A DNA stretch of 64,000 nt. Origin: Candidatus Yanofskybacteria bacterium. GTDB taxonomy: Bacteria; Patescibacteriota; Minisyncoccia; 2-02-FULL-40-12; IGHO2-01-FULL-4-A. The stretch is from contig CAIUCV010000005.1 in the NCBI GenBank assembly GCA_903897805.1, forward strand, positions 2,384 to 66,383. The letters are read 5' to 3'. The position numbers and the translations under genes were made by a program. The notes under the pieces are model-generated. The model did not search any database. It was not told the DNA's origin and saw nothing but the letters and a program-made list of their open reading frames with translations. Positions 11,872-20,209 of the stretch are shown here, one piece after another (position 1 is the stretch's first letter; the number at the start of each line of letters is the position of its first letter).

Positions 11872-12114
11872 ATGCCGGAAATTGGGCAGGGGTATCAAAG
11901 AGTCAGCATTACGATGCCAAGAAACAAAGAAACCGATCCGACTTTTAAAAATATTTTAAAAATCAGGATACTCTTATCTAATGAGGGAGGCGAACCTTCC
12001 GCTCAAGAAGTAGAAACCAAAGCTGCCCTGCTCCTAAAGTGGCTTGGCACTCTTATAAATCCGCGGGTATTAAAACGGTTCGGAGAACTTTTATCCGAAC
12101 ATTTAAAAGGGTAA
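11872..12114 (+). CDS. Hypothetical protein
   Basis: Own promoter, GGGGAGG SD and downstream hairpin terminator. Confidence 0.6.
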   Translation: MPEIGQGYQRVSITMPRNKETDPTFKNILKIRILLSNEGGEPSAQEVETKAALLLKWLGTLINPRVLKRFGELLSEHLKG

Positions 12115-12170
12115 AAGTAAAAACCAAAAAACGGTCTGATGGCCGTTTTTATTTTTTTCTGGTCTCTGGC

Positions 12171-13049
12171 CTAATCAAGAATCGTTTTAGCGATCGTATT
12201 TAGTTCTTCCAGATTCGCAAACTTAATCACTATACTGCCGCCGCTTGCTCCGCTTTTGATAAAGACGGTCGCGCCGAGGTTTTTAGAAAGATTCTGCTGA
12301 AGCTCCTGAAAACGCGGATTGACTGCCAGGGCAGCCGGTTTTTGGGCCGCGTGGTATTCCTTCGCGGCAACTTCCAGCTCGCGGACGGCAAAATTGCCCG
12401 CCAGTATTTGCTTGAACATTTCGTGCTGTTTCGTCTCGTCCTTAAAAGCAAGCAAAGCCCGGGCATGGGTACGGGCAATTTTGCCGGCTCTTAACGCTTC
12501 TTTGATATCCGCCGGCAAAGTTATAATTCTCACCGCGTTAGCGACCACCTCGCGGCTCTTGGCAACCTTAGCGGCAATTTCTTTCTGAGTAAGATTAAAC
12601 TCGTTGGCTAGTCGGGCATAGGCCTCGGCTTCTTCAACGGGGTTCAAATCTTCCCGCTGAAGGTTTTCCACCAAAGAGACCTCCAGCTTGAGACGGCTTT
12701 CGTCAAAATTATCTTTAACGATGGCCGGCACATGAGGCAGACCGGCGAGTTTCGCCGCCCGCAACCTGCGTTCACCGGCGATCAATTCATACTCTACATT
12801 CAGGCCTTTTTCGGTTTCGGTTTCTATCTTGGAAACCAAGAGCGGCTGAAGAACGCCGTATTTTTTGATTGAAGCGGCAAGTTCTTTCAGGCCATCCTTA
12901 TCAAAATCCCGCCTCGGCTGGTTGGGGTTAGGTTTAATTTTGTTTATCTCAATATAAAAGACGTTGTCCAGAATTTTGGGAACGACCTTTGTTGTTTTCG
13001 CCGGAATCAGGGATTCAAGTCCCCGGCCCAGCCCAAAGAATTTTTTCAT
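12171..13049 (-). CDS. parB: Chromosome partitioning protein ParB
   Basis: GLGRGL, PNPNQPR, GVLQPL, IAGERRLRA, ENLQREDLNP, HTH. Confidence 0.97.
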   Translation of the reverse strand: MKKFFGLGRGLESLIPAKTTKVVPKILDNVFYIEINKIKPNPNQPRRDFDKDGLKELAASIKKYGVLQPLLVSKIETETEKGLNVEYELIAGERRLRAAKLAGLPHVPAIVKDNFDESRLKLEVSLVENLQREDLNPVEEAEAYARLANEFNLTQKEIAAKVAKSREVVANAVRIITLPADIKEALRAGKIARTHARALLAFKDETKQHEMFKQILAGNFAVRELEVAAKEYHAAQKPAALAVNPRFQELQQNLSKNLGATVFIKSGASGGSIVIKFANLEELNTIAKTILD

Positions 13050-13810
13050 AATATTAATTTTATCACTTCCTCCGCCAATTCTCTATATGCCTCCGCGGCT
13101 TTTGAACTCTCGTCAAATTGCAAAATGGTTTTGCCGAAACTCGGCGCTTCGGCCAGCGACACGGCTCTGGGAATTATGGTATCAAACACCCGGCCGGGGA
13201 AATTCTTCTTAACCTCCGCAACAATTTGGTTCGCCAGTTTATTCCTCTTATCATACATTGTAAGCAACACTCCCAATATTTTCAATTGGGGGTTGAGCGA
13301 ATTGCGGACAAGGTCAATGGTTTTAACCAGCTGGCCCAAACCTTCAAGCGCGTAATACTCGCACTGAACCGGGATTATCACTTCTTCGGCGGCAGCAAGA
13401 CCATTCACGGTAAGGAGCCCCAATGATGGCGGACTGTCAATTAAAATATAGTCGTAGTTGGTCCGTATTTTGTCCAGAGCTTTCTTTAATTTAAATTCCC
13501 TCTCTTCCATACCCACCAGCTCAACCGTCGCTCCGGCCAAATTTTCCGCTGATGGCAGAATGTCAAGCCCAAAGAGAGATGATTTTCTAATAATCGCTCC
13601 CGGTTCGTTGCCGTTTATAAGGAGATGGTATAAATTGAGGTGGTCATCGGCAAGATGCAACCCCAAGCCTGCCGTAGCATTGGCCTGCGGGTCTAAATCA
13701 ACAAGCAAAACATATTTACCCATCGCCGCAAGGTAAGCTCCGAGATTATTGGCGGTCGTGGTTTTTCCCACTCCCCCCTTAGCGTTGATGATACCAATTA
13801 TTCTCGCCAT
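13046..13810 (-). CDS. parA: Chromosome partitioning ATPase ParA/Soj
   Basis: KGGVGKTTT, DLDPQAN, DSPPSLG, PVQCEYYALEG, LAEAPSFG. Confidence 0.97.
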   Translation of the reverse strand: MARIIGIINAKGGVGKTTTANNLGAYLAAMGKYVLLVDLDPQANATAGLGLHLADDHLNLYHLLINGNEPGAIIRKSSLFGLDILPSAENLAGATVELVGMEEREFKLKKALDKIRTNYDYILIDSPPSLGLLTVNGLAAAEEVIIPVQCEYYALEGLGQLVKTIDLVRNSLNPQLKILGVLLTMYDKRNKLANQIVAEVKKNFPGRVFDTIIPRAVSLAEAPSFGKTILQFDESSKAAEAYRELAEEVIKLIL

Positions 13811-13863
13811 ACAGTTTAATTATCATCCTCCGACAGGTTTTTTACAATAGCGGATAGCGGTTG

Positions 13864-13976
13864 ACCCCGTTAGAAGTAGCTCTAGCGGGTTCACGAATTA
13901 AAACAGACGCTTAATCAGAGTAATATGGCGACCGTAAGCATGGCTTATGTGCCACTATTACTACTTCTAACGGGGT
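13864..13976. mobile_element. MITE-like element with 16-bp perfect terminal inverted repeats
   Basis: accccgttagaagtag ... ctacttctaacggggt; TG on both flanks; no ORF inside. Confidence 0.7.
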
Positions 13977-14034
13977 TGAAAAAAAGCGGGAATTTTGATA
14001 AAATTAAGTCCCGGGCAGATTCAGTATAAATGGG

Positions 14035-14119
14035 GCCGCTGTGGTGGAATTGGCAGACACGCACGACTCAAAATCGTGTGCCGCAAGGCATGTCGGTTCG
14101 ACTCCGACCAGCGGCACCA
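14035..14119 (+). tRNA. tRNA-Leu(CAA)
   Basis: Acceptor GCCGCTG/CAGCGGC, anticodon loop CTCAAAA, long variable arm, GGTTCGACTCC, encoded CCA; TTGAAA-17-TAAAAT promoter at 13976-14004. Confidence 0.97.
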
Positions 14120-14187
14120 TTTGTACTGACGCGCACGACTCTCCCCCTGGGCACCAATAAGAAGATAAATATCTATGGCAAAAACAA

Positions 14188-15465
14188 ATGTTAAAAAATA
14201 AACTTACAAAAAATCTAAATCCGGATGTAACCGTTGAAACTATTGAGAAAGCAAGTAAAAAATTGAAGGAAGTTATTAAAAAAACTCCCCTTCAGTTTTC
14301 CAAAAGACTTTCTAAGTTGTACAAAGCCCACGTGTATCTTAAAAGAGAAGATTTGCAAGAGGTTCGCTCATATAAAATCCGTGGAGCATATAACCTAATG
14401 AGTTCTCTTACCAATTCCGAGAAGGAAAAAGGCGTTGTCTGCGCAAGTGCTGGAAATCATGCTCAAGGTGTAGCATTTAGTGCTTCGGCTTTGAAAGTTC
14501 GTGCAGTTATTTTTATGCCAGTAACTACGCCGTTGCAAAAAGTTAACAGGGTTAAAGAGTTTGGCGGAAGATGGGTAAAAATAGAGTTGGTAGGAGCAAT
14601 TTATGATGAAAGCTCCACCGCCGCTAAAAACTTTTGTAGAAAAGTTGGGGCTGTTTTTGTCCACCCATTTGATGATGAAAGAGTAATCTCCGGACAAGGG
14701 ACGGTCGGTAAGGAAATTTTTGATCAAGCGGAAGGAAAATTAGACTATATACTTTGTCCAGTTGGAGGCGGAGGGCTAATATCCGGAGTAGGTACATACC
14801 TTAAAACAAAATTAAAGAATGTAAAACTTGTCGGAATTGAACCAAAAGGAGCGGCGGGAATGTATCGTTCCTTAAAAAATGGCAAGGTTACTGCTCTTGA
14901 AAATATAGATCCATTCGTAGATGGCGCGGCTGTTAGAACAGTAGGAACTAAAACTTTTAAAATCTCCTCAAAACTTGTTGACCAAATGGTATTAGCAGAT
15001 GAGGGAAAAGTTTGTACTACTATGGTTGATCTATACCAGAATGAAGGCATTGTAACAGAACCAGCCGGAGCGCTTTCTATCACTGCTTTAGAAGAGCTAT
15101 CGGAAAAAATTAAGGGCAAAACAGTAGTTTGTATTTTGAGTGGAGGAAATAACGACATTTTACGCTATCCGGAGATTATGGAAAAAAGTTTGGTCTACCA
15201 GGGACGCAAACACTACTTTATTGTGGAGTTTGCCCAAAAACCCGGGCAACTTAAAAAGTTCGTTAACAGCGCGCTTGGCCCAACTGATGATATAGTCCGT
15301 TTTGAATACATAAAGAAAAACTCCAAAGAAATGGGACCAGCTTTGGTTGGAATTGAGTTGACTAAAAAAGAAGATTTTCAACCTCTCCTCAGCAGAATGG
15401 ATAAACTTGGAATAAGATATACAGTTCTTACAAGTAGGGATATTTTGTATAGTTACTTGATATAA
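14188..15465 (+). CDS. ilvA: Threonine dehydratase (biosynthetic, short ACT type)
   Basis: KREDLQEVRSYKIRGA PLP lysine, ASAGNHAQGVA, PVGGGGL, SGGNND. Confidence 0.95.
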   Translation: MLKNKLTKNLNPDVTVETIEKASKKLKEVIKKTPLQFSKRLSKLYKAHVYLKREDLQEVRSYKIRGAYNLMSSLTNSEKEKGVVCASAGNHAQGVAFSASALKVRAVIFMPVTTPLQKVNRVKEFGGRWVKIELVGAIYDESSTAAKNFCRKVGAVFVHPFDDERVISGQGTVGKEIFDQAEGKLDYILCPVGGGGLISGVGTYLKTKLKNVKLVGIEPKGAAGMYRSLKNGKVTALENIDPFVDGAAVRTVGTKTFKISSKLVDQMVLADEGKVCTTMVDLYQNEGIVTEPAGALSITALEELSEKIKGKTVVCILSGGNNDILRYPEIMEKSLVYQGRKHYFIVEFAQKPGQLKKFVNSALGPTDDIVRFEYIKKNSKEMGPALVGIELTKKEDFQPLLSRMDKLGIRYTVLTSRDILYSYLI

Positions 15466-15641
15466 AATTTCTTCTTTTCGCGTGGCGAAAACGGTTCGCG
15501 CTATTTCAAGAATAGAGCATCATCCATAAAAGCGGCCCCGCCGTGGCGGGACTGTTTTTTGCCTGACGTTGACATACCGAGCAGGATTTGCTAGAAAGGG
15601 AGTAGTTCTTTCAAGTCGACCAAGCCGAAGGAGGAGGAAAA

Positions 15642-15992
15642 ATGAAGAACCTGAAAAGCTTCGCGGAAAGACACATTCTTACAATAGCCTTCCTGGGGGC
15701 ATCTATTTTAGGGCTGGCAGGCAGCATTCTCTCCACCTTGTTTAATTACTTTTGGCTCCTTGCGGCGATTTTCCTTGCAGTTCTACTCTATTTTTCATTG
15801 TTTTACCGCTCTATGAATACCGATTGGACTTGCTCAAAATGCGGAGCAGATGAAATTATTGGGAGACACAAGTTTTGTTCGACATGCGGCGGCATTATGC
15901 ACACCGTAAAAAAGAAGAAAATATCCTGCCCTCGCGGCCACAGAGCAAGCAAGTATGATACATTCTGCCACAAATGCGGGGTTCGTATTTAA
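15642..15992 (+). CDS. Membrane protein with C-terminal zinc ribbons
   Basis: Two TM helices, then CSKC, CSTC, CPRGH and CHKC; strong SD. Confidence 0.75.
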   Translation: MKNLKSFAERHILTIAFLGASILGLAGSILSTLFNYFWLLAAIFLAVLLYFSLFYRSMNTDWTCSKCGADEIIGRHKFCSTCGGIMHTVKKKKISCPRGHRASKYDTFCHKCGVRI

Positions 15993-16048
15993 CGGTTAAC
16001 AAGCCGTTTTCTTTTTTGACTAAAAACAAAACCCCGCTTGGGCGGGGA

Positions 16049-16840
16049 TTATTTTATTTCAATAAGAGCGTCGGGCAGACCATCGGGATACATACGCGGC
16101 TTGTCGTTGTCTCCCCCATCGGGGAAAAGCCAAAGATAAAGTTTTTTTGAATCAAGCAGCTGCGGATTCTTCGGATAGCCATAAAACTTTTGCTGCATTC
16201 CCTCGTCGTAAAGACCGATACATCCGTGAGATGCCGGATAACCGGGCATGTCGCGGCTATGAATCCAGAATGAGACTCCTCTTTTTGATTCGTGAAATTT
16301 TATACCCCAATACATCGGATAAGGAATGCTAGTCCCTTGGATCTTATAAAGCGTTGAACGGGCCCAGCGGTCGCGCCCCAGGACTTTGAATATCCCGGCC
16401 GGGGTGGAATTCCCCCTGCCCGAAGCGACAGGAAAAGAAAATTTCAGCTCCCCGAATTCATACGCCCCGAGAAATTGCTCCGACCGGTCAAGCAATATAT
16501 AGCGGCGATAATTTTTCGCCTGCTCAAGCTTTTGCGGCATCGGCGTGAAATTAACGACATCTTTAAAATTAACGGGAATTTTAATGTATGCTCCCTGCAA
16601 GGCGTGCATCCTGTCTATGCGATTAAAGCGCAAAGCTGGTTCCAGGTACGGACCAAGCAGGTCCTCCAGCGCTTTTTCACTTTTCACCCCGTAACAATAC
16701 CAGTCAATCCGGCTGTCGCTTGGAAAACTTACCTGACAGCGGCTTTTTGGAACTGCAGGCGGTGCTTGTTTTTGCGCCCACAATTGGTTCCCCGTGAAAA
16801 CGAACAAAAAAAGAACAAAAAGATAGACTTTGTTCAACAT
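16049..16840 (-). CDS. L,D-transpeptidase (YkuD family), secreted
   Basis: Signal peptide; FPVASG...TPAG; WIHS...ASHGCI catalytic motif. Confidence 0.88.
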   Translation of the reverse strand: MLNKVYLFVLFLFVFTGNQLWAQKQAPPAVPKSRCQVSFPSDSRIDWYCYGVKSEKALEDLLGPYLEPALRFNRIDRMHALQGAYIKIPVNFKDVVNFTPMPQKLEQAKNYRRYILLDRSEQFLGAYEFGELKFSFPVASGRGNSTPAGIFKVLGRDRWARSTLYKIQGTSIPYPMYWGIKFHESKRGVSFWIHSRDMPGYPASHGCIGLYDEGMQQKFYGYPKNPQLLDSKKLYLWLFPDGGDNDKPRMYPDGLPDALIEIK

Positions 16841-17011
16841 GGGTCTTATTCTCCTGTAAAAGAACAGTTATTTCTAAGTATAATTATGCGGTTCCAAAAT
16901 TGCACGGTCAATTCTTTACTAATCACCAAAAAAATGAGATAATTTACCCTGTCAAATAACTCTTTTAGAGTTCCCGCCTTAGCGGGATTTGACAGGGTAA
17001 ACTCAAATATT

Positions 17012-17098
17012 GGTGGGGTGCGAGAGTGGTTGAATCGGCCGCACTCGAAATGCGGTAAGGGCGCAAGCTCTTCGTGGGTTCGAATCCCACCCCCACCG
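17012..17098 (+). tRNA. tRNA-Ser(CGA)
   Basis: GGTGGGG/CCCCACC acceptor, loop CTCGAAA, long variable arm, GGTTCGAATCC; CCA not encoded. Confidence 0.96.
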
Positions 17099-17333
17099 CA
17101 ATGACAATTTTTTACACCTTTTGATGTTAAAAATTGGCATCGCAGTGGTGGGATTCGAAGGGTATCCGAGAGAGTGAATTGCTTCACTACGCTGGCCATA
17201 AAACAGCTTGAAAATGGCCCGTCCTGAGGCTATCGAAAGGCTGTTTTTTGTTGGGCTTGACTTTAGCTAGGTTATTATGATATAATTAAATCATCGTGGA
17301 AACCCCGCGACAAGGAGAAAGAAGGAGAAGGTC

Positions 17334-17735
17334 ATGACTCTCATTACTGTCGTTGTTGCATTAGTCGCCCTCGTTGTGGGGGCGATTCCGGGGGTGCGAG
17401 TATTTGCCCCCAAACTTGAGCCTCCGCAACCGCCTCCGCCGGCCGAGCCCAAACACTTCGGGCTATGGTCGGTCGAAGCCGTGAGAAGCGAGCTTGGCGG
17501 GCTTTCACCCACCGACGGGAAAGTAATTCGCATTGCGGTTGCTGTCGCCGGCATGGAATGGACTCTGCCGGATGACGTGGCCAATGCCCGCACAACTCTA
17601 GCCCAGTGTATCGCCGAGAGGAAAGGCGACATCAAAGACCTGGAAGTCGAGATTGGCGAGGCAAGGGCTCAGATTCAAGTCGCCGAGACCCGCGACGCAG
17701 AAGTCGCCGCGGTAGCCGCCGCCTTCGGCTTGTAG
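17334..17735 (+). CDS. Hypothetical membrane-anchored coiled-coil protein
   Basis: TTGACT/TATAAT promoter and AAGGAG SD; TM helix, Pro linker, C-terminal coiled coil; GC-rich. Confidence 0.7.
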   Translation: MTLITVVVALVALVVGAIPGVRVFAPKLEPPQPPPPAEPKHFGLWSVEAVRSELGGLSPTDGKVIRIAVAVAGMEWTLPDDVANARTTLAQCIAERKGDIKDLEVEIGEARAQIQVAETRDAEVAAVAAAFGL

Positions 17736-17878
17736 GCACCCCGTCCCGGCCAAACATAACCGCCTCTTCGCTGAGGTTGCCCGAGAATTTTCCCAGGGCG
17801 TAATAACAAGGGGAACCAGTTCTTTGTCTATCCGTTTATCTGTAAAATAAATGGTGAGCCTAGAGGGAGCAGAACCTC

Positions 17879-17907
17879 AGACGGTCGAAAGGCCGTCTCT
17901 TTTTTTA
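17879..17907 (+). terminator. Rho-independent terminator
   Basis: agacggtc-gaaa-ggccgtct followed by a T tract. Confidence 0.75.
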
Positions 17908-18009
17908 TGAATTTACATTGCAAACAAAGCGCAAAATTGTTTATAATGATCTTGGGAACGAGCGAAACGGCAGATTTCTTTAGTTAGAGAGAATCTTTTT
18001 TCGTGTGAT

Positions 18010-18210
18010 TTGGTACCAGGACTTTTTATGGCGGTAGTGCAGCTTATGGACTGGGTATTCAAGATGCACATGATAGAGAACCCGTATATTATTTCTGACT
18101 TCGGGCTTGGCACCGCGATAGGTCTTGTGATTATGACGTTCGTCGTGGGATATGTCTTTGGATGGGTATTTGCGGCGCTTTGGAATAATTTAAGAAAATC
18201 AAGCCAATAA
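18010..18210 (+). CDS. Small membrane protein, possibly 5'-truncated
   Basis: WVFKMHMIENPY...FVVGYVFGWVFAALWN hydrophobic pattern; weak TTG start. Confidence 0.5.
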   Translation: MVPGLFMAVVQLMDWVFKMHMIENPYIISDFGLGTAIGLVIMTFVVGYVFGWVFAALWNNLRKSSQ

Positions 18211-18254
18211 GCGCAATCAGAGTTGAAAATAAGTTTTTAACCCGCGGAAAAGAC

Positions 18255-18344
18255 GGTGGGGTGCTCGAGTGGTTTAAGAGGACAGTCTTGAAAACTGTTG
18301 TACGGGAAACCGTACCGTGAGTTCGAATCTCACCCCCACCGCCA
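18255..18344 (+). tRNA. tRNA-Ser(TGA)
   Basis: GGTGGGG/CCCCACC acceptor, loop CTTGAAA, long variable arm, encoded CCA. Confidence 0.97.
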
Positions 18345-18359
18345 ATAAAATTTATTAAC

Positions 18360-19016
18360 TTGGCAAGAATAATTGATCTCAAAAATAGGAAACCCCAGAT
18401 GCAGGAGCCCGTCCGACAGGCTCAGGGTGAACCTGCTCCTCAAAACATATTGGCAAAACCGCAAGTTGAAGCGGCGGGAATTAGGCCGCATCAATTTACC
18501 AGACCCATGCCGCAAGAAAGCCCTCCCCCGCCCCAAGTGACGCCTGGGCCCAAGACGCAAGTACTTAGCTGGTCGGGGCCGCTTTATATCCACCGGCCGG
18601 ATATGAAAATTATTGCGGTCGTTTCACTGGCGCTTTTTGCCATTGCGGCGCTGATGCAGATATTCCAGAAAAATATCATCACCACAATTTTTTTCAGCCT
18701 GCTGGGAGTGGTGATTTTAATCAGGGCGAGTAAAAAACCGGAAGTCGTGGATTTTGAGATTAATCCGCTTGGGGTCAAGGTCGGGGAACAGCTTTACGGG
18801 TTTCGCGAGATTAAATCTTTTTGGATAGAATACGATCCAGCGCTTGATATAAAGGAACTAAGCTTGCAGTTGAAAAAGTGGTATCATACCTATGTTAAAA
18901 TCCCGATTTACGATCAAAATCCTGTACAATTGCGTTTAATTTTGTTAGCATTTTTACCCGAGGCAGAGCACGAAGATACCTTAGCAGACACAGTATCCAG
19001 AAGATTGGGGTTATAA
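18360..19016 (+). CDS. Membrane protein with Pro-rich N-terminus and PH-like C-terminal domain
   Basis: Two TM helices, then FEINPLGVKVGEQLY...IKSFWI. Confidence 0.7.
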   Translation: MARIIDLKNRKPQMQEPVRQAQGEPAPQNILAKPQVEAAGIRPHQFTRPMPQESPPPPQVTPGPKTQVLSWSGPLYIHRPDMKIIAVVSLALFAIAALMQIFQKNIITTIFFSLLGVVILIRASKKPEVVDFEINPLGVKVGEQLYGFREIKSFWIEYDPALDIKELSLQLKKWYHTYVKIPIYDQNPVQLRLILLAFLPEAEHEDTLADTVSRRLGL

Positions 19017-19037
19017 AATCTGACGAGCCATGAATTT

Positions 19038-19109
19038 GTCCCCATAGCTCAGCGGAAGAGCGTCTCCCTCCGGAGGAGAAGGTCGGAGGTTCAAATCCTC
19101 CTGGGGATA
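19038..19109 (+). tRNA. tRNA-Arg(CCG)
   Basis: GTCCCCA/TGGGGAT acceptor, stem TCTCC/GGAGA, loop CTCCGGA, GGTTCAAATCC; CCA not encoded. Confidence 0.93.
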
Positions 19110-19148
19110 CAAAATATTACCGGAGTGCTCAAACTGCTTTAAGTACGT

Positions 19149-19274
19149 GAGGATTTGAACGCCGGAGCGATGTTCGGCGAGCAGTTGGCGAGCCGAACCA
19201 CGAGGCGATGGCTAGGCCGAGGAGGCGGAAGCCGACGAGAGCCGAAGCCAAATCCTCCTGGGGATACAAAATAT
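19149..19274 (+). repeat. tRNA-linked structured element, copy 1
   Basis: Anti-T-loop 12-mer, conserved core shared with copy 2, and a 26-bp direct repeat of 19092-19117 at 19249-19274. Confidence 0.85.
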
Positions 19275-19276
19275 CA

Positions 19277-19348
19277 CCCCTTGTAGTTCAACGGACAGAA
19301 CGCGAGATTGCGGATCTCGTAATAGAGGTTCGATTCCTCTCAAGGGGA
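19277..19348 (+). tRNA. tRNA-Arg(GCG)
   Basis: CCCCTTG/CAAGGGG acceptor, stem CGAGA/TCTCG, loop TTGCGGA, GGTTCGATTCC; CCA not encoded. Confidence 0.93.
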
Positions 19349-19399
19349 CACGAATGAAATGGGTGGGCGCTTGAAGCAAGCCAATTGTTTGGCTTGTGT

Positions 19400-19517
19400 G
19401 AGGAATCGAACGCCGGAGCATGTGATTTTCCGCGTTCGGCGGAAAATCACGCGAGGCGGTGGCTAGGCCGAGCGGGCGGAAGCCCGCGAGAGCCAAAGCC
19501 GAATTCTCGAGGGGATA
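19400..19517 (+). repeat. tRNA-linked structured element, copy 2
   Basis: Anti-T-loop 12-mer, core gccggagc...cgaggcg.tggctaggccgag...cgagagcc.aagcc, degenerate copy of the tRNA 3' end. Confidence 0.85.
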
Positions 19518-19559
19518 ACCAACTAAAATACCCGCCAGCGGCGGGTATTTTAGTTGGTT
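19517..19559. terminator. Long perfect hairpin, likely terminator
   Basis: aaccaactaaaatacccgcc-agc-ggcgggtattttagttggtt. Confidence 0.75.
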
Positions 19560-19715
19560 GATGTCCTTGACAAGCTTTTGTGCCGGGGGTATAGAGAAAG
19601 TGGCTAGTGGAATAAAGTTTCTAGAAGCCTTGAAACTTTACATTAGTACCTTGACAATTAAAGTGGGCCCCATAAAGGCGCCCTCGGCACCCAACTAACC
19701 AAAAGGAGGGAGATC

Positions 19716-20087
19716 ATGTCAGTCAGAAAAGATCGGATGAAAATTCTGTACTTGCTGGTCGCTGTTCTTCTAGGCAGCAGCTTGGTATTTGGACAGGAAT
19801 CAAACAAAACAATGCCGCGGATCGTCTCAGTTGAGCCCGCCAGCGGCCAGGTCGGAGCTGAACTGACCGCATCTGGGGAGAACCTCAACCAGGATAATGT
19901 GGCTGAACTTCGCCTGACGGACGGCACCAACGACTTCAAGGTGCCGATTACCAATCAGACAGCTACGGCCATAAAGTTCAAGATTCCGAACGAGATCAAA
20001 CCCGGCCGGTACGGCTTGGTAACCTTCAGCAAGAGGACCCCTCGATCTCTCGAAGTTGAGCAACCTGTGAAGATTACGGTTGAATAG
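19716..20087 (+). CDS. Secreted IPT/TIG-like Ig-fold protein
   Basis: Signal peptide, then PRIVSVEPASGQVGAELTASGENL...IKFKIP...PGRY; AAGGAGG SD. Confidence 0.8.
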   Translation: MSVRKDRMKILYLLVAVLLGSSLVFGQESNKTMPRIVSVEPASGQVGAELTASGENLNQDNVAELRLTDGTNDFKVPITNQTATAIKFKIPNEIKPGRYGLVTFSKRTPRSLEVEQPVKITVE

Positions 20088-20209
20088 CAAGGCCTGTGCT
20101 GCAGGGCACAGCCTTTTTTATTGGGAAAAATTTGTGGCAGCTGTGTTTGTTGACAATTTTTATAAAATCAGATACACTTTTAAGAGCTTTGTTGAAAAAA
20201 GGAGGTCTT

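Noticed and set aside
19110-19274. tRNA intron or additional tRNA gene
   Set aside because: The upstream tRNA is already complete, and the downstream copy has no D-arm or anticodon arm.
16846-19496. ORFs 16846..17199, 18131..18382 and 19212..19496
   Set aside because: They are antisense translations of tRNA genes and the tRNA-linked repeat.
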